Shown here piece after piece: positions 1-11,358 of a stretch of DNA of 64,000 nucleotides (positions are counted from its first letter, which is position 1; the number at the start of each line of letters is the position of its first letter). The notes below the pieces were generated by a model. That model was not told the DNA's origin. It did not search any database and saw nothing but the letters and a program-made list of their open reading frames with translations. The position numbers were made by a program, and so were the translations under genes. The stretch comes from Phoronis australis (Eukaryota > Animalia > Phoronida): NCBI GenBank assembly GCA_002633005.1, contig NMRA01000686.1:1-64000 (forward strand), given 5' to 3'.

Positions 1-616
1 ACAAACACTTCAATCTGATTGGCTACCCAGAAGGAGAGGGACAACATATATGTCCACACGTACAACACACTGAGATTCGGTAACCATATCAATCAATAAA
101 GTTTAAATTTCATTCAAATATCAATATCACCAAAATTTCATTTTTTTTGGAAATTTACCCGGTTAACTTAAAGCTATTGTGCTTTTATTCACATACCGTT
201 CACCAATACGGTGGACCGCGTTGCACGCGCTGTCTGGCTTGCGTAAAACATGAAGACTTCTTAAATTATATTTTCATATTTTTTTCCTGCAACAATATAA
301 CACTTTCATAAATAAACATACATTTGTAATCTCCAACTTGATTTTCTGTTTCTGACTCTATTGAGAAAGGATGTGATTATGTTCGAAAATTTCACACACA
401 CGAATAAGTGAAATTTTGTCTTCAGACGCACTCAGTTTTACCGTTAAATAGTGATTTTTGATAAGTCGTACACACCCAGGCTTCGAACGAACATATGGAT
501 ATATCTGTGTGTGCGTGTACGGACACCTGACAGGGCGTGCCTATGATTCAAATCCAAAGTGGCACCCATTAAATCGCGTTTGTTATTGTCTAATCTTGAT
601 ATTTATTGCCGCTAAG

Positions 617-837
617 GGAATGTACATGAACTCCTTGCCAGTGGACGATTTGGTAGCATTGGGCAAAGACATGCAAAAGTTATACTCCATGTTTCATCTG
701 ATGCCGTTGGACGGTAAAGGCCCCCTCGGCAGCATGGGAATAGATTTAAAGCTCATGCATGAATTGGATCGCAATTATCGACTTCCTCTCAATTACGTGA
801 TGGATCGCCTTTCAAGCGTAAGCTTGGATTATACAAG
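617..837 (+). CDS. Host gene exon A (phase 0 to 2), uncharacterised helical repeat protein
   Basis: TAAG| acceptor and AAG|GTAACG donor. Reads GMYMNSLPVDDLVALGKDMQKLYSMF...SLDYT, and its terminal AG joins the first base of exon B to give AGC (Ser). Confidence 0.7.
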
Positions 838-1029
838 GTAACGTCCTACCACTTATCACAGCGTAGTTTTATAGAGAGGGACAGGTGCTGGCACAACGGT
901 TGGCGCGATGATTGCGAATTTACGAGACGTCTCTACTCGGCCACTTAATGTATTTGAGCATTGAAAAAGTCTCATAGCCTAGTGATGCCGCTTTTCTGGA
1001 AACACCAAATTTTACTCCACCAAAAGTAA

Positions 1030-2763
1030 CTAGAAAGATTATTGTCACGGCGTGACAATAATGGACTCTGCGCGTGCGTATTTTTGGAATTGTTATGGGA
1101 ATTTACTGACAGCAACCCGTTTACTAATATGAGAAGGAATTCTTCAAAATTGTAGGAGAACTTACATGTTAATATTTTGATGACCTTTCCACTAATTGAC
1201 CTCTCCCGGTGCATTATAAGCCCCGATGATGGAAAAATTCTAAACTCAATTAAACGTTTATTGATGCTAAGAATCACAGGTGTTTTACTTTAAGCACTTC
1301 AGAGTACAAGATGAATGAATTAGTCAACATTTCTGAAGAAAAACGCACCTAATGACCCCATGAACGCACCAAATGACCTGAAAACTTAGAATTCAAACTC
1401 AATCGCATTTATTAAACAGAGATGTAATTTTAAAGTATCAATCATAGAATTTTAGTTTGTACTCAATGACCTTCGACCATTTTTTTTTCTGATTGAATAA
1501 GCCTATTGCGTAGTAAAGTAGGGTGTTCAATTGGCATGTTGACTTACACCAGTGTGCTGAAATCGAAAAGAATTCCTTGAAAAATGAAGGAGATATAACA
1601 ATTTGAACGTTAGATGATCTTTGCACCAACTGACCCTATCCGGTGCATTATAAGCATCCTTAAGAGAACTATTGCAAAGCCCTATAAAAGTGTGCTTAAT
1701 GCTGAGAATCACAGTTGTCTACCGGATTAGACATCAGAATACTTGATGAATGAAAAGGACAGACATTCAGAAGGAAAATGCACCTAATGACCCCATGGTT
1801 GCACTAAATGACCTGAAACTTCGTAGTAGAACTATTTCGAAGTCCGTGAAAAGTGTATTTAATTCTGTGAACCACAGCTGTCTAACGGTTGACACATCAG
1901 ACTACTTGGTGAATGAAAAAGACGAATTTTCAGAAGATAAATGCACCTAATGACCTCATGGATGCACTAAATGATCTCAAACTTCCTATTTCAAATTGAA
2001 TTTGACGTACCAATCAGACTTGTGAATTTGAAGTGTCGAGCTCAAAATTTTAAGTTGCACGCAATCACCTTTGACCTATTTTTTCTAATTGGTTAGGCTT
2101 ATTGCGTAGTAAAGTAGGGTGTTCAATTGGCATGTTGACCTACCCCAGTGTGCTGAAATTGAAAAGAATTCCTTGAAAAACGTGACATATAACATTTTGA
2201 ACGTTAGATGACCTTTGCACTAATTGACCCTATCCGGTGCATTAAAAGCGTGTTGAGGAGAATTGTTGCAAATCCCATGAAAAAATGTGTTTGATGATGA
2301 GAATCGCAGTTGTCTAACATCAGAATATTTGGTGAATGAATAGGTCAAATTTCCAGAAGAAAAGTGCACCTAATGACCCCATAATTGCATTAACGGACTT
2401 GAAACTTTGGATTCCCAATTGAATTACCTGTGCCAATCAGACTTGTGAATTTGAAGTGTCTAGCTCAAAGTTTTAGTTTGCACCCAATGACCTTTGACCT
2501 GTTTAACCTGATTGGATGACCCGATTACTTAGAAAATGAAATTCTTATATTGCTTAATGACGTATACCTGTGTACCGAATTTAAAAAGAATAGCTTTTAA
2601 AATAAAGAAGGATAGCATTTTGAAAATTATATGACCTTTACACTAAATGACCTCTTCCGGTGCAATATGGAGTATGGTTATATAACGAATCAAAATTGAT
2701 GTACTGTCAAAACTGATATGCTGAATTTAAAGAAGGTAGTTGCATCCAATTTGGAGTTATTAA
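1030..2763 (-). mobile_element. Helentron/HINE-like non-autonomous element (family A), split by the Sola3-like insertion and resuming at 11328
   Basis: The minus-strand 3' end reads CACGCGCAGAGT subterminal repeat, then the hairpin TTATTGTCACGCCGTGACAATAA, then CTAG|TT. The interior is made of GCAC(C/T)AA.TGACC sub-repeats. Confidence 0.7.
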
Positions 2764-4145
2764 GAGCCATTATCTGAGAAAACTTGCAGAGGTCGGCGGA
2801 GGCATGTTAAAATTCATGGATTTTGTCAAGGGGTTTTATTAAGGATTCCAAACAATAAAATAAAAAGTTATTTTAAAAATCAAAAAAATGTTTTTGTATG
2901 GATTACAGCACATCCAATATTTCCATGTATTCCAATAGGGAAATGGGTAGTAAGTGTGGAATTTCAAAAGGCTTTTATTAGAAAGTAGTTCCTAACTATT
3001 TAAAGTGAGGTATTTTTTTCTACCAAAATAAGGTAAATTAAAAATATTCCATCGTCAAATCCGTGGGGGTTTTTCACAATTCCTGTGAAATGCCGCCAAA
3101 TACGCAGAATTTTGGGCAATTCTATGAAGCTCTCCAGCATTGGAGGTAAAATTGAACAGTTTACCAAAACCGGAAAAGTCGATAGCGTCCGTTTGTACAG
3201 CGATTTCCTTCGAAATTTGGCTCTTATTTATGTACGGATACATGGTATTTATGTAATAATTAGCAGAACAATGTTTATTTGTTGTTTTTACTTCGCGTAG
3301 AATCGGTTGCTGTTAATGCAATAGCACCAAGCAGTGTTTAGTGATCATTAGCAGGCCCCGCCAGACTCGATTTCCTAGTTGCGATTGTGTTTGAAATTCT
3401 TGCTACATGTAATTTGATAATGTATTAAGCAATTTCTAATATTCACTTCTTCAACTGGCTATCATTTCAAGAACTGGGTCGTGTACGGCGATTCCCTCAT
3501 AAGTCGACGTAACGTAGGCTTAACGAAAGCTAGCCTTGGTACAAAGCCAGCTGGCTAGGCTGGCTAAACAAAAGCCAACGGTTCAGTCAATGTGACGTTT
3601 TGATATACGTCTTTGGATAATGGAGTAGAATTTTTGACAATATTCAGTACAAAATTGGCAAAAGAATAAAATTGCTAAAGGGGAGGGGGGCATATTTTTG
3701 CCAATTAGATTTGTTGCCACAACGTGTGCAAAATACAAATATTTCTTTACAAAATATCCAAATATCAAGGAATTTGTATCACAACTACACACTTCAGTGC
3801 AAGTTGTCGAATGTAGAATATTCACTTTCTGTGCAGAGGATTAAGTTACACAAGTTATGAAATCTACAGACAGTTTTGAAAAAGCGGCCGACTGTGAAAA
3901 AGTGTTCTATGAACAATTAAATCATTGTATACCATATATGCACAACCCCCAAAAATCGCACCAGAGTTAATTCTTATTTAATAGTAAGACACTGGAGTAC
4001 CCACAATAAAAATCGTCAATGTCAATTCAAAGCTGCACGCCACCAAGAACAACGTGCTTTCGGTTTCAATTTTATAGAACACCTCAATTTATAATCACTA
4101 TTGCCCATCAACAGGAACTCCACATTATTTTTTAAAGGTTACTTT

Positions 4146-4447
4146 CATTGGCGGATCTAGTATACCATAATTAAGGGGGGGGCAAGATGTTGCCTCGGAG
4201 AATTGGGCATAGCACAATCATATGCACAGGCGGCCCGAAAAGAAGTTGCAGGGACTGGCGATGTGTACCCTGGTGTACCCAAATTCTATCGGACTAAAAA
4301 AAACGGGAACACGGTTCCGCCGCGCTCTACCCCCCCTGCCATTCCAAATTGGTGCACTCGATATTTCTTCACCCTGCCGCTGTTTAATTTTCCTTGCACC
4401 AGCCAGGGGGCTGGGCCCCCCTGACCCTCCCCCAAAATCCGCCTATG
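4146..4447. mobile_element. MITE nested in the Sola3-like element
   Basis: Termini CATTGGCGGAT and ATCCGCCTATG, flanked by the direct repeat ACTTT (4141-4145 and 4448-4452). Confidence 0.55.
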
Positions 4448-4904
4448 ACTTTAATGCCTGAAACATTTGAGTTTTCCATCTCATATCAGATTATAATTTT
4501 CTATAATCCTTTTTTGTTTTCCAGTTTCACCGGGCAGAAAATAATCGTACATGCCATTCATTTTGAGTCTCTAAGTTCAGTAATGGGCAATGGTTTTGTA
4601 ATAAAATGAATGTTGAAAAGGTCTCTTAATATTGGTATCGAACAAACATGACTGTGTGTTTATTTTGCGATAACTCTCAATACATTGTTGAAATGGAGTT
4701 ACAAAGGAAAGATTCAATGTATTTTAGAATTGTGATGACAGAACAGAAACAATAAGTTTCCTCACATGTTAAATAGTCTATGGTGACCTTCGTACCATGA
4801 AACGTGGTCCAGTTACGCATATCATTGTTTAACTCGTGGATTGTCTGTCTAGTAGTCATTATGTCCTTAATAGAACAACATCTAACTCTGAACAGAGCAT
4901 GCAA

Positions 4905-6565
4905 TTCTATGAAAACAGGTCATTAAACTGCAAGAATCTAAAGACAATGAATGCAAATAATAAATGAATAAAAAAATTGTTCATATGCAAAAGAACTCGA
5001 ATGTCTATTAGTATATTATGATCTTCAAGTAATGTAAAAACAAACATAACTAGCTTCTAAAACCCATACTTTCAACAATAAATTAGATGAAAACAGGAAT
5101 ACTTCAGAGTTGCACCATCATGAAATACTAGATAATGTATACATAACATCTTATCTAGAAAGGCAACACCTAGGTGCAATAACTTTACATAAAGCTGACA
5201 AAATTTCTATATTTCATGGACACAGGAGTTCCACTAATCTGTCAAATAATTTTGGAGAAAGTTTATCCCAGTTTAGCTGAGTCTGACAGAATTCTCTTGA
5301 AGTCTGCTCAATGTTACATAGAAAACTAAATGTACTGTGTGAAACAAAATTTGGATCAAAATCCAAAAACCAAACTAAAGCAAATCATTTCCAACACACA
5401 GGAAGTCTAAATCAAAGGCGCACAGAAATCTGTAAATCAATCAAAACTCCATAAAATAACCTTATTTTGTGTCATCCACCAACAGTTAAGAATAAACGAG
5501 GCTAATATTATGCAACAAGGCTTTTCAAGGCAATGGTTAAGTAGGTAGAAAATGCACCAATATTGGTTCCACCGACTGGAAGTGTTCAAGAGTGGCACAC
5601 CCTAAATCATGTAAAATCACTTCACTCGTANNNNNNNNNNNNNNNNNNNNNNNNNNNNNNNNNNNNNNNNNNNNNNNNNNNNNNNNNNNNNNNNNNNNNN
5701 NNNNNNNNNNNNNNNNNNNNNNNNNNNNNNNNNNNNNNNNNNNNNNNNNNNNNNNNNNNNNNNNNNNNNNNNNNNNNNNNNNNNNNNNNNNNNNNNNNNN
5801 NNNNNNNNNNNNNNNNNNNNNNNNNNNNNNNNNNNNNNNNNNNNTCTATGAAAAGAGGTCATTAAACTGCAAGAATCTAAAGACAATGAATGCAAATAAT
5901 AAATAAAAAAATTGTTCATATGCAAAAGAACTCGAATGTCTATTAGTATATTATGATCTTCAAGTAATGTAAAAACAAACATAACTAGCTTCTAAAACCC
6001 ATACTTTCAACAATAAATTAGATGAAAACAGGAATACTTCAGAGTTGCACCATCATGAAATACTAGATAATGTATACATAACATCTTATCTAGAAAGGCA
6101 ACACCTAGGTGCAATAACTTTACATAAAGCTGACAAAATTTCTATATTTCATGGACACAGGAGTTCCACTAATCTGTCAAATAATTTTGGAGAAAGTTTA
6201 TCCCAGTTTAGCTGAGTCTGACAGAATTCTCTTGAAGTCTGCTCAATGTTACATAGAAAACTAAATGTACTGTGTGAAACAAAATTTGGATCAAAATCCA
6301 AAAACCAAACTAAAGCAAATCATTTCCAACACACAGGAAGTCTAAATCAAAGGCGCACAGAAATCTGTAAATCAATCAAAACTCCATAAAATAACCTTAT
6401 TTTGTGTCATCCACCAACAGTTAAGAATAAACGAGGCTAATATTATGCAACAAGGCTTTTCAAGGCAATGGTTAAGTAGGTAGAAAATGCACCAATATTG
6501 GTTCCACCGACTGGAAGTGTTCAAGAGTGGCACACCCTAAATCATGTAAAATCACTTCACTCGTA
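4905..6565. other. Assembly gap (N 5631-5843) flanked by a ~720-bp near-identical duplication
   Basis: 4905-5630 matches 5844-6565, and both copies end or start exactly at the gap. Confidence 0.85.
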
Positions 6566-6859
6566 TCACCAGCAGTTTACACCTTTCAGCATTTATAGAA
6601 AACCATAAAACTCTCAGAAAGACATTGACTCTTTCAAGGGTTCAGCAACAGAAGTAAGCCACTGCGATGAGACTAAGCATTGCAACTGGAATATATTTCA
6701 ATAGGTTTGAGTCCTAATCAAGTAGCTTGGAAATACAATGGCATATGTTATCACCAATTTCCCATTCATGCAAACATCACAATGCCTATCCACAACCCCA
6801 GCTTCGGTCAGCACCCGCTGATGAAGGGGTGAACACATATATCCTTTAAAAAATCTATT

Positions 6860-7420
6860 CTAGACATCAGCATGGCAAGCGCACATCTTTAAGTAACCTG
6901 TAACAGTATTTAAAAATTCAGATTTACGCTTACATAGCTTAATGTCTATGTTCAGCAGCTTATAAATTTCTTTCAAATTCACAATTTTCAGATTGCTCAA
7001 CTTTTTGTCCCTCAACATCTCACACAATTCTTCTCCTCCATACATAATCGGGTGCATTACCCCTACTTCACGAAATACTGCGTCCCTATTTCTCCTCCCA
7101 GATACGTCGACCATTTGCAACATCATCTTTGTCTTCATCTTCGAAAACTGCTTTGCGTTTTATTTGAAGTGCAAGTCGTGAAAAAAGCTAGATTTCTGTT
7201 TGGCTGTACGCCACTCATTGGAAGGAAACTTTGATCTGATGAACTGAACACACTGTCCTGGGTCTGCTTTTTGGCCACTTTTCTCGCCATCGTTAAACAT
7301 ATTTGTAAGGAAATGCATCACACCTTCGGACATTCTTGGGGCTTTGTGACCGATTTCAATGCCCAACCTTCCTCTAATGCTGAAAATCCAAATACTTCCT
7401 CAGCCATTTGCTTGTAATCA
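6860..7420 (-). pseudogene. C-terminal remnant of the Sola3-like transposase
   Basis: Frameshifted (GW)..KAPRMSEGVMHFLTNMFNDGEKSGQKADP...KFPSNEWRTAKQKSSFF motif inside the TIR-bounded element. The family link is recalled, not searched. Confidence 0.55.
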
Positions 7421-8292
7421 TCTGAAAAAAATTAGAGTAAAACACCTCAACAGGAGGGAGATTACAGTTCATTCGGTGATATGAATTGCCATTTAGAAAA
7501 CTTTCTTGCACTTGATTTCTCAACTGCACACACAGGCACTGCAAATGCTCCATTCGCGATTACCTAAGTTCAGTATCAGGAACCAGGTTTCATATCTGCG
7601 CTCNATATGAATTGCCATTTAGAAAACTTTCTTGCACTTGATTTCTCAACTACACACACAGGCACTGCAAATGCTCCATTAGCGATTACCTAAGTTCAGT
7701 ATCAGGAACCAGGTTTCATATCTGCGCTCTGAAGTCCTGACACTGACTTTAGGTGTGTCCATGAAAACGAAATTACCAATGAGTTACGGATGGACGACCA
7801 AGTGTACATCGTGACTTAACGCGACAAACCGGCAATTTCCGTACCGTCCTTGATCTCAAACTATCAAAGTGTGACGTGTGTTTGGGCTTTTTGGGAACAT
7901 TTTTCCGCTTTGACTGCGAATTTCTAGCGAATTTACTGTAGAGCAAGACACCGTGAATGCTAAGAAAGAACAATTGCTCATGGTTTGTTGAACCCCTGTT
8001 TTGTGTAAATTTATTGAGTTATGTGTTTGATATGGGTGGCTGAATCGAAGCACCCGTGAAATTTCTAGTCCCGAGTGTCATACCTTGTAGTATTATATAG
8101 TGTATTGGGGACCATCAGAAGCTGATGTCGCTCGTGGTAATGCACAGGTCTTTTTCTTAATGTACTACATGTATAAGAAAAGACATTTGCCTTAAGAAAT
8201 AAATAAATGCAAACTAGTGACTACCAAAAATGATGCTTTTTATTCAGCAGTAACTGGTTATCATGTTAATTTAGAAGGCAGAATTCCAACAG

Positions 8293-10073
8293 TGGCAGGA
8301 TATAAGGAATAGTGAAAACGCGCATTTTAAAATGTGTCAATTATTTAGGGTGAAATCGACACATTTCGTTTCGCGACCTAAACCCGCGCAAACTTCCTAA
8401 TCATGAGCGGAGAAACAAAAGTCAGCAAACCTCGAATCTGTCCCGGCTCAGTTCCGCCAATGAGAACGTACCCGTGCGCCCCCTGTCTTCCACTGGCCTC
8501 TACGGAAGCGCGCCCCCTGTTTTCCACTGGCCAGGCTCTGACCCGACGGCTACCGTGATTCCGCGCTCCGGCGCCGAAAGTCATAAACACATTTCTTTGT
8601 ACTCGCAACGTTTCTGAAAAGAAAACAAATGGCCAATAATCAACACATTTCTTGGGACTTAGTAAATTTTGCACATACGCCGGGACAGACCGGCCTGCAG
8701 CGCTCCGCTTTCCGTTCTGCGGCACCGTAGACCCAGCAGGATGTCAGACTTTATCCCCTGGACCACCGTCTGGGGAGTTTTCACACTGAGATACCCGAGA
8801 CACAACTATGGACTGTATCCAGGCCTGCCAATTTTCAAAGCACCTTTGCCAGAAAGCGACACAAATGGCCAATAATGGACACATTTCAACGCAACGTTTC
8901 TGAAACCGACACACATTGTCAATAATCGATACACATTTTCTCGGAATTTAAAAAAATTGCACATTTACGCAGGGGACAGACCTGAGCAGCTGCGCTCCAG
9001 CCTCGGCGGCGAAGACCCCGCAAGCGTCGGCTGGAGACTTTCCACAAATATTGCTGGGACACGACAATGGACTGTATACCGGCCAGCCGCTGGATCCCGA
9101 TACGTGTCCACAGACGGCGGTCCACGAGGTCAAGTCCGGCATCCTGCGGGGTCTGCGGTGCCGAGGGCGGAGCGCTGCAGGCCGGTCTGTCCCTGCGTAT
9201 GTGCAAAATTTTCTAAGTTCCATGAAATGTGTCGATTATTCGCCATTTCTGTCGCTTTCTCAAAGGTGCTTTGAAAATGTAACAAAAAGCAAACGTATCG
9301 GGGTCAAGCAGCTGGCCGGTATACAGTCCATTGTTGTGTCCCGGCAATATCTGTGAAAGTCCTCAGCCGGCGCTTGCGGGGTCTGCGCTGCCGAGGTTGG
9401 AGCGCGGCTGCTCAAGTCTGTCCCCTGCGTAAATGTGCGAAATTTTCTAAGTTCCGAGAAAATGTGTCGATTATTGGTCATTTGTGTCGGTTTCAGAAAC
9501 GTTTTGTTGAAATAATTATAAGTTCCGAGAAATGTGTCGATTATTGGCCATTTGTGTCGCTTTCTCAAAGGAGCCTTGAAAATATAACAAAAGTAAGCAA
9601 ACAGCGGGGTCTATTGGCAGGCCCGGATACAGTCCCTAGTCGTGTCCCAAGTGTCTGTGAAAACTCCCCAGACGGTGGTCCACGCGGTCAAGTTCGGCAG
9701 CTTGCAGGGTCTGCGCTGCCGAGGCCGGAGCGCGGCTGCAGTTCTGGCACCTGCTTTTATGTGCGGACTTTCCTAGAAAATGTGTCGATTATTGGCCATT
9801 TGTGTCGGTTTCAGAAACGTTTTGTTGAAATAATAATAAGTTCCGAGAAAATGTGTCGATTATTGACCATTTGTGTCTTCAAAACAATGTGTTTAAAATG
9901 TAACATAATAAAGGAAACGTAGCCTGGGGGTCCAGAGTGGCGGGCCGGTGTACAGTCCCTACTCGTCTCCCAGCTATCTATAAAAAGTCTCCAGGCGCGG
10001 CGGTCCATGTGGTCACCATCAAAAACCGACACATTTTAAAACGCACGTTTTCACTCTACCCTATATCTTGCCA
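8293..10073. mobile_element. Foldback-type GC-rich element with mirror-image internal repeat arrays
   Basis: About 45-bp imperfect TIRs (TGGCAGGATATAAGGAATAGTGAAAACGCGCATTTTAAAATGTGTC and its inverse at 10028-10073). Units of AAATGGCCAATAATCGACACATTT face one way left of ~9100 and the other way right of it. No TSD was identified. Confidence 0.65.
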
Positions 10074-10181
10074 TATATCCAGAATTAAACAATGCATACC
10101 TGATCCAACGGGCAGGATCACATTTCTCTCAGTTCTTATCTTCTCTAACAATAACATAGCTAAATTCATTGCGCGTCAACC

Positions 10182-10535
10182 TCACGGAGCTTTAGGACGC
10201 CTCTTCTTCTTCCCTCCATGATCTGGGTAGGCACAGAGTTTAGATGGGAAGAACTCTACACCAAACTTGTTCCTATGAAGGGGAAACACCGTCAGTTCAT
10301 CAGCCGAGCCCTCGTCAAACACAGCTCTGTTCAACAGAAGTTTCCACTTCGTTACGTCCTCCGATATGTTTATGTACCGCAGATATTTGGAAACATCTCT
10401 GCCACAGCTCATAACACTCGTCAGATTCTTTTCACCCCCGACTTCAGAACAATTTACTGTGGATTTTGTAGAGAATGAACAACAAGTACCCACAAGGGTC
10501 GCCATTCTTGTGTCTTCCTTCCCTTGTACTCTCAA
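10182..10535 (-). pseudogene. N-terminal Cys/His-rich remnant of the Sola3-like transposase
   Basis: CSFS...VGGE...SCGRDVSKYL...LLLNRA...TV(F)PLHRNKFG...CAYPDH, located near the element's 5' end on the same strand as the C-terminal remnant. Confidence 0.5.
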
Positions 10536-11358
10536 AACTAAAATTCTTGTTGTAATTTCAGTTAAACTCTTATCATTTTATTCGAATATAACTTTATTCT
10601 ATACATAATTCATTATGAAGAATGATAAAGAGACAAATTGTAATTTTATGCTCTGTTTCTGTTAAAATACGCAATTTGATGAGTTTCGGTATGTCACGTG
10701 ACAACGACCTTCGCTGATTATTGCCAAGGCAATTATGCGAAAGTGCCTCGGAATAAAGTCGGATTGTCGAAAAAGGATGAATTATCCCACAGTTCAAATA
10801 GTATTACGGTGAACAATAAAGTTTTTTCTGTACTAAGACACCATTTTTAAATATAATTTGGAACCACTTTTTCATAATCGGACTTCTACTATCGGAAAAC
10901 TTCGGGATTTACTGAGCCTAACCAAGGCCTAACTGAAGTGACGTTCGGTCAATATTAGTGCGTCAACAAAAGGTCGAGATGAAATACAAATTCACACAGA
11001 TGCTCAACGAAATCAATTCCCAAGCACATCAATGGCTTCAATTCCACTAATTATGATCATTCAAAGTCACAAACTGGCTTCCAGCTCTGTGAGTGTTGGC
11101 ATTCTTTTTGTCTTTTTGGACATTCTTGTCCTGTGTGTGAAAAAGCCACGACGGAAAGTATTTATTATTTTTTATAGAATGACTCCAGATAAAAAACAGA
11201 CGTGATTTAGTTATTCATACATGTGTATGTGAGTACAAATTGGTGTGCAAAGTATCAACTTAATTGATGAAAGTGCCTCCGCCAACATTTTGCAATTTTG
11301 CAGGTTTTCTCAGATAATGCCTCTTAAGCCTCAAATTTGGTCGGAAGAACTATAAGAA

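Larger units (their letters stand above)
2764..11323 (-). mobile_element. Sola3-like DNA transposon, decayed, with nested inserts
   Basis: TTAA on both sides (2760-2763 and 11324-11327). TIRs are GAGCCATTATCTGAGAAAACTTGCA and TGCAGGTTTTCTCAGATAATGCCTC. Removing the element restores the host repeat GGAGTTATTAAGCCTCAAA seen at 13327-13345. GAG termini with a TTAA TSD are typical of Sola3. Confidence 0.8.

Noticed and set aside
7480-7728. ~125-bp tandem duplication
   Set aside because: The copies meet exactly at the N at 7604, which points to an unmerged contig overlap.
8378-10032. Cluster of overlapping 70-190 aa ORFs
   Set aside because: They arise from GC-rich repeats on both strands and contain no domain motifs.
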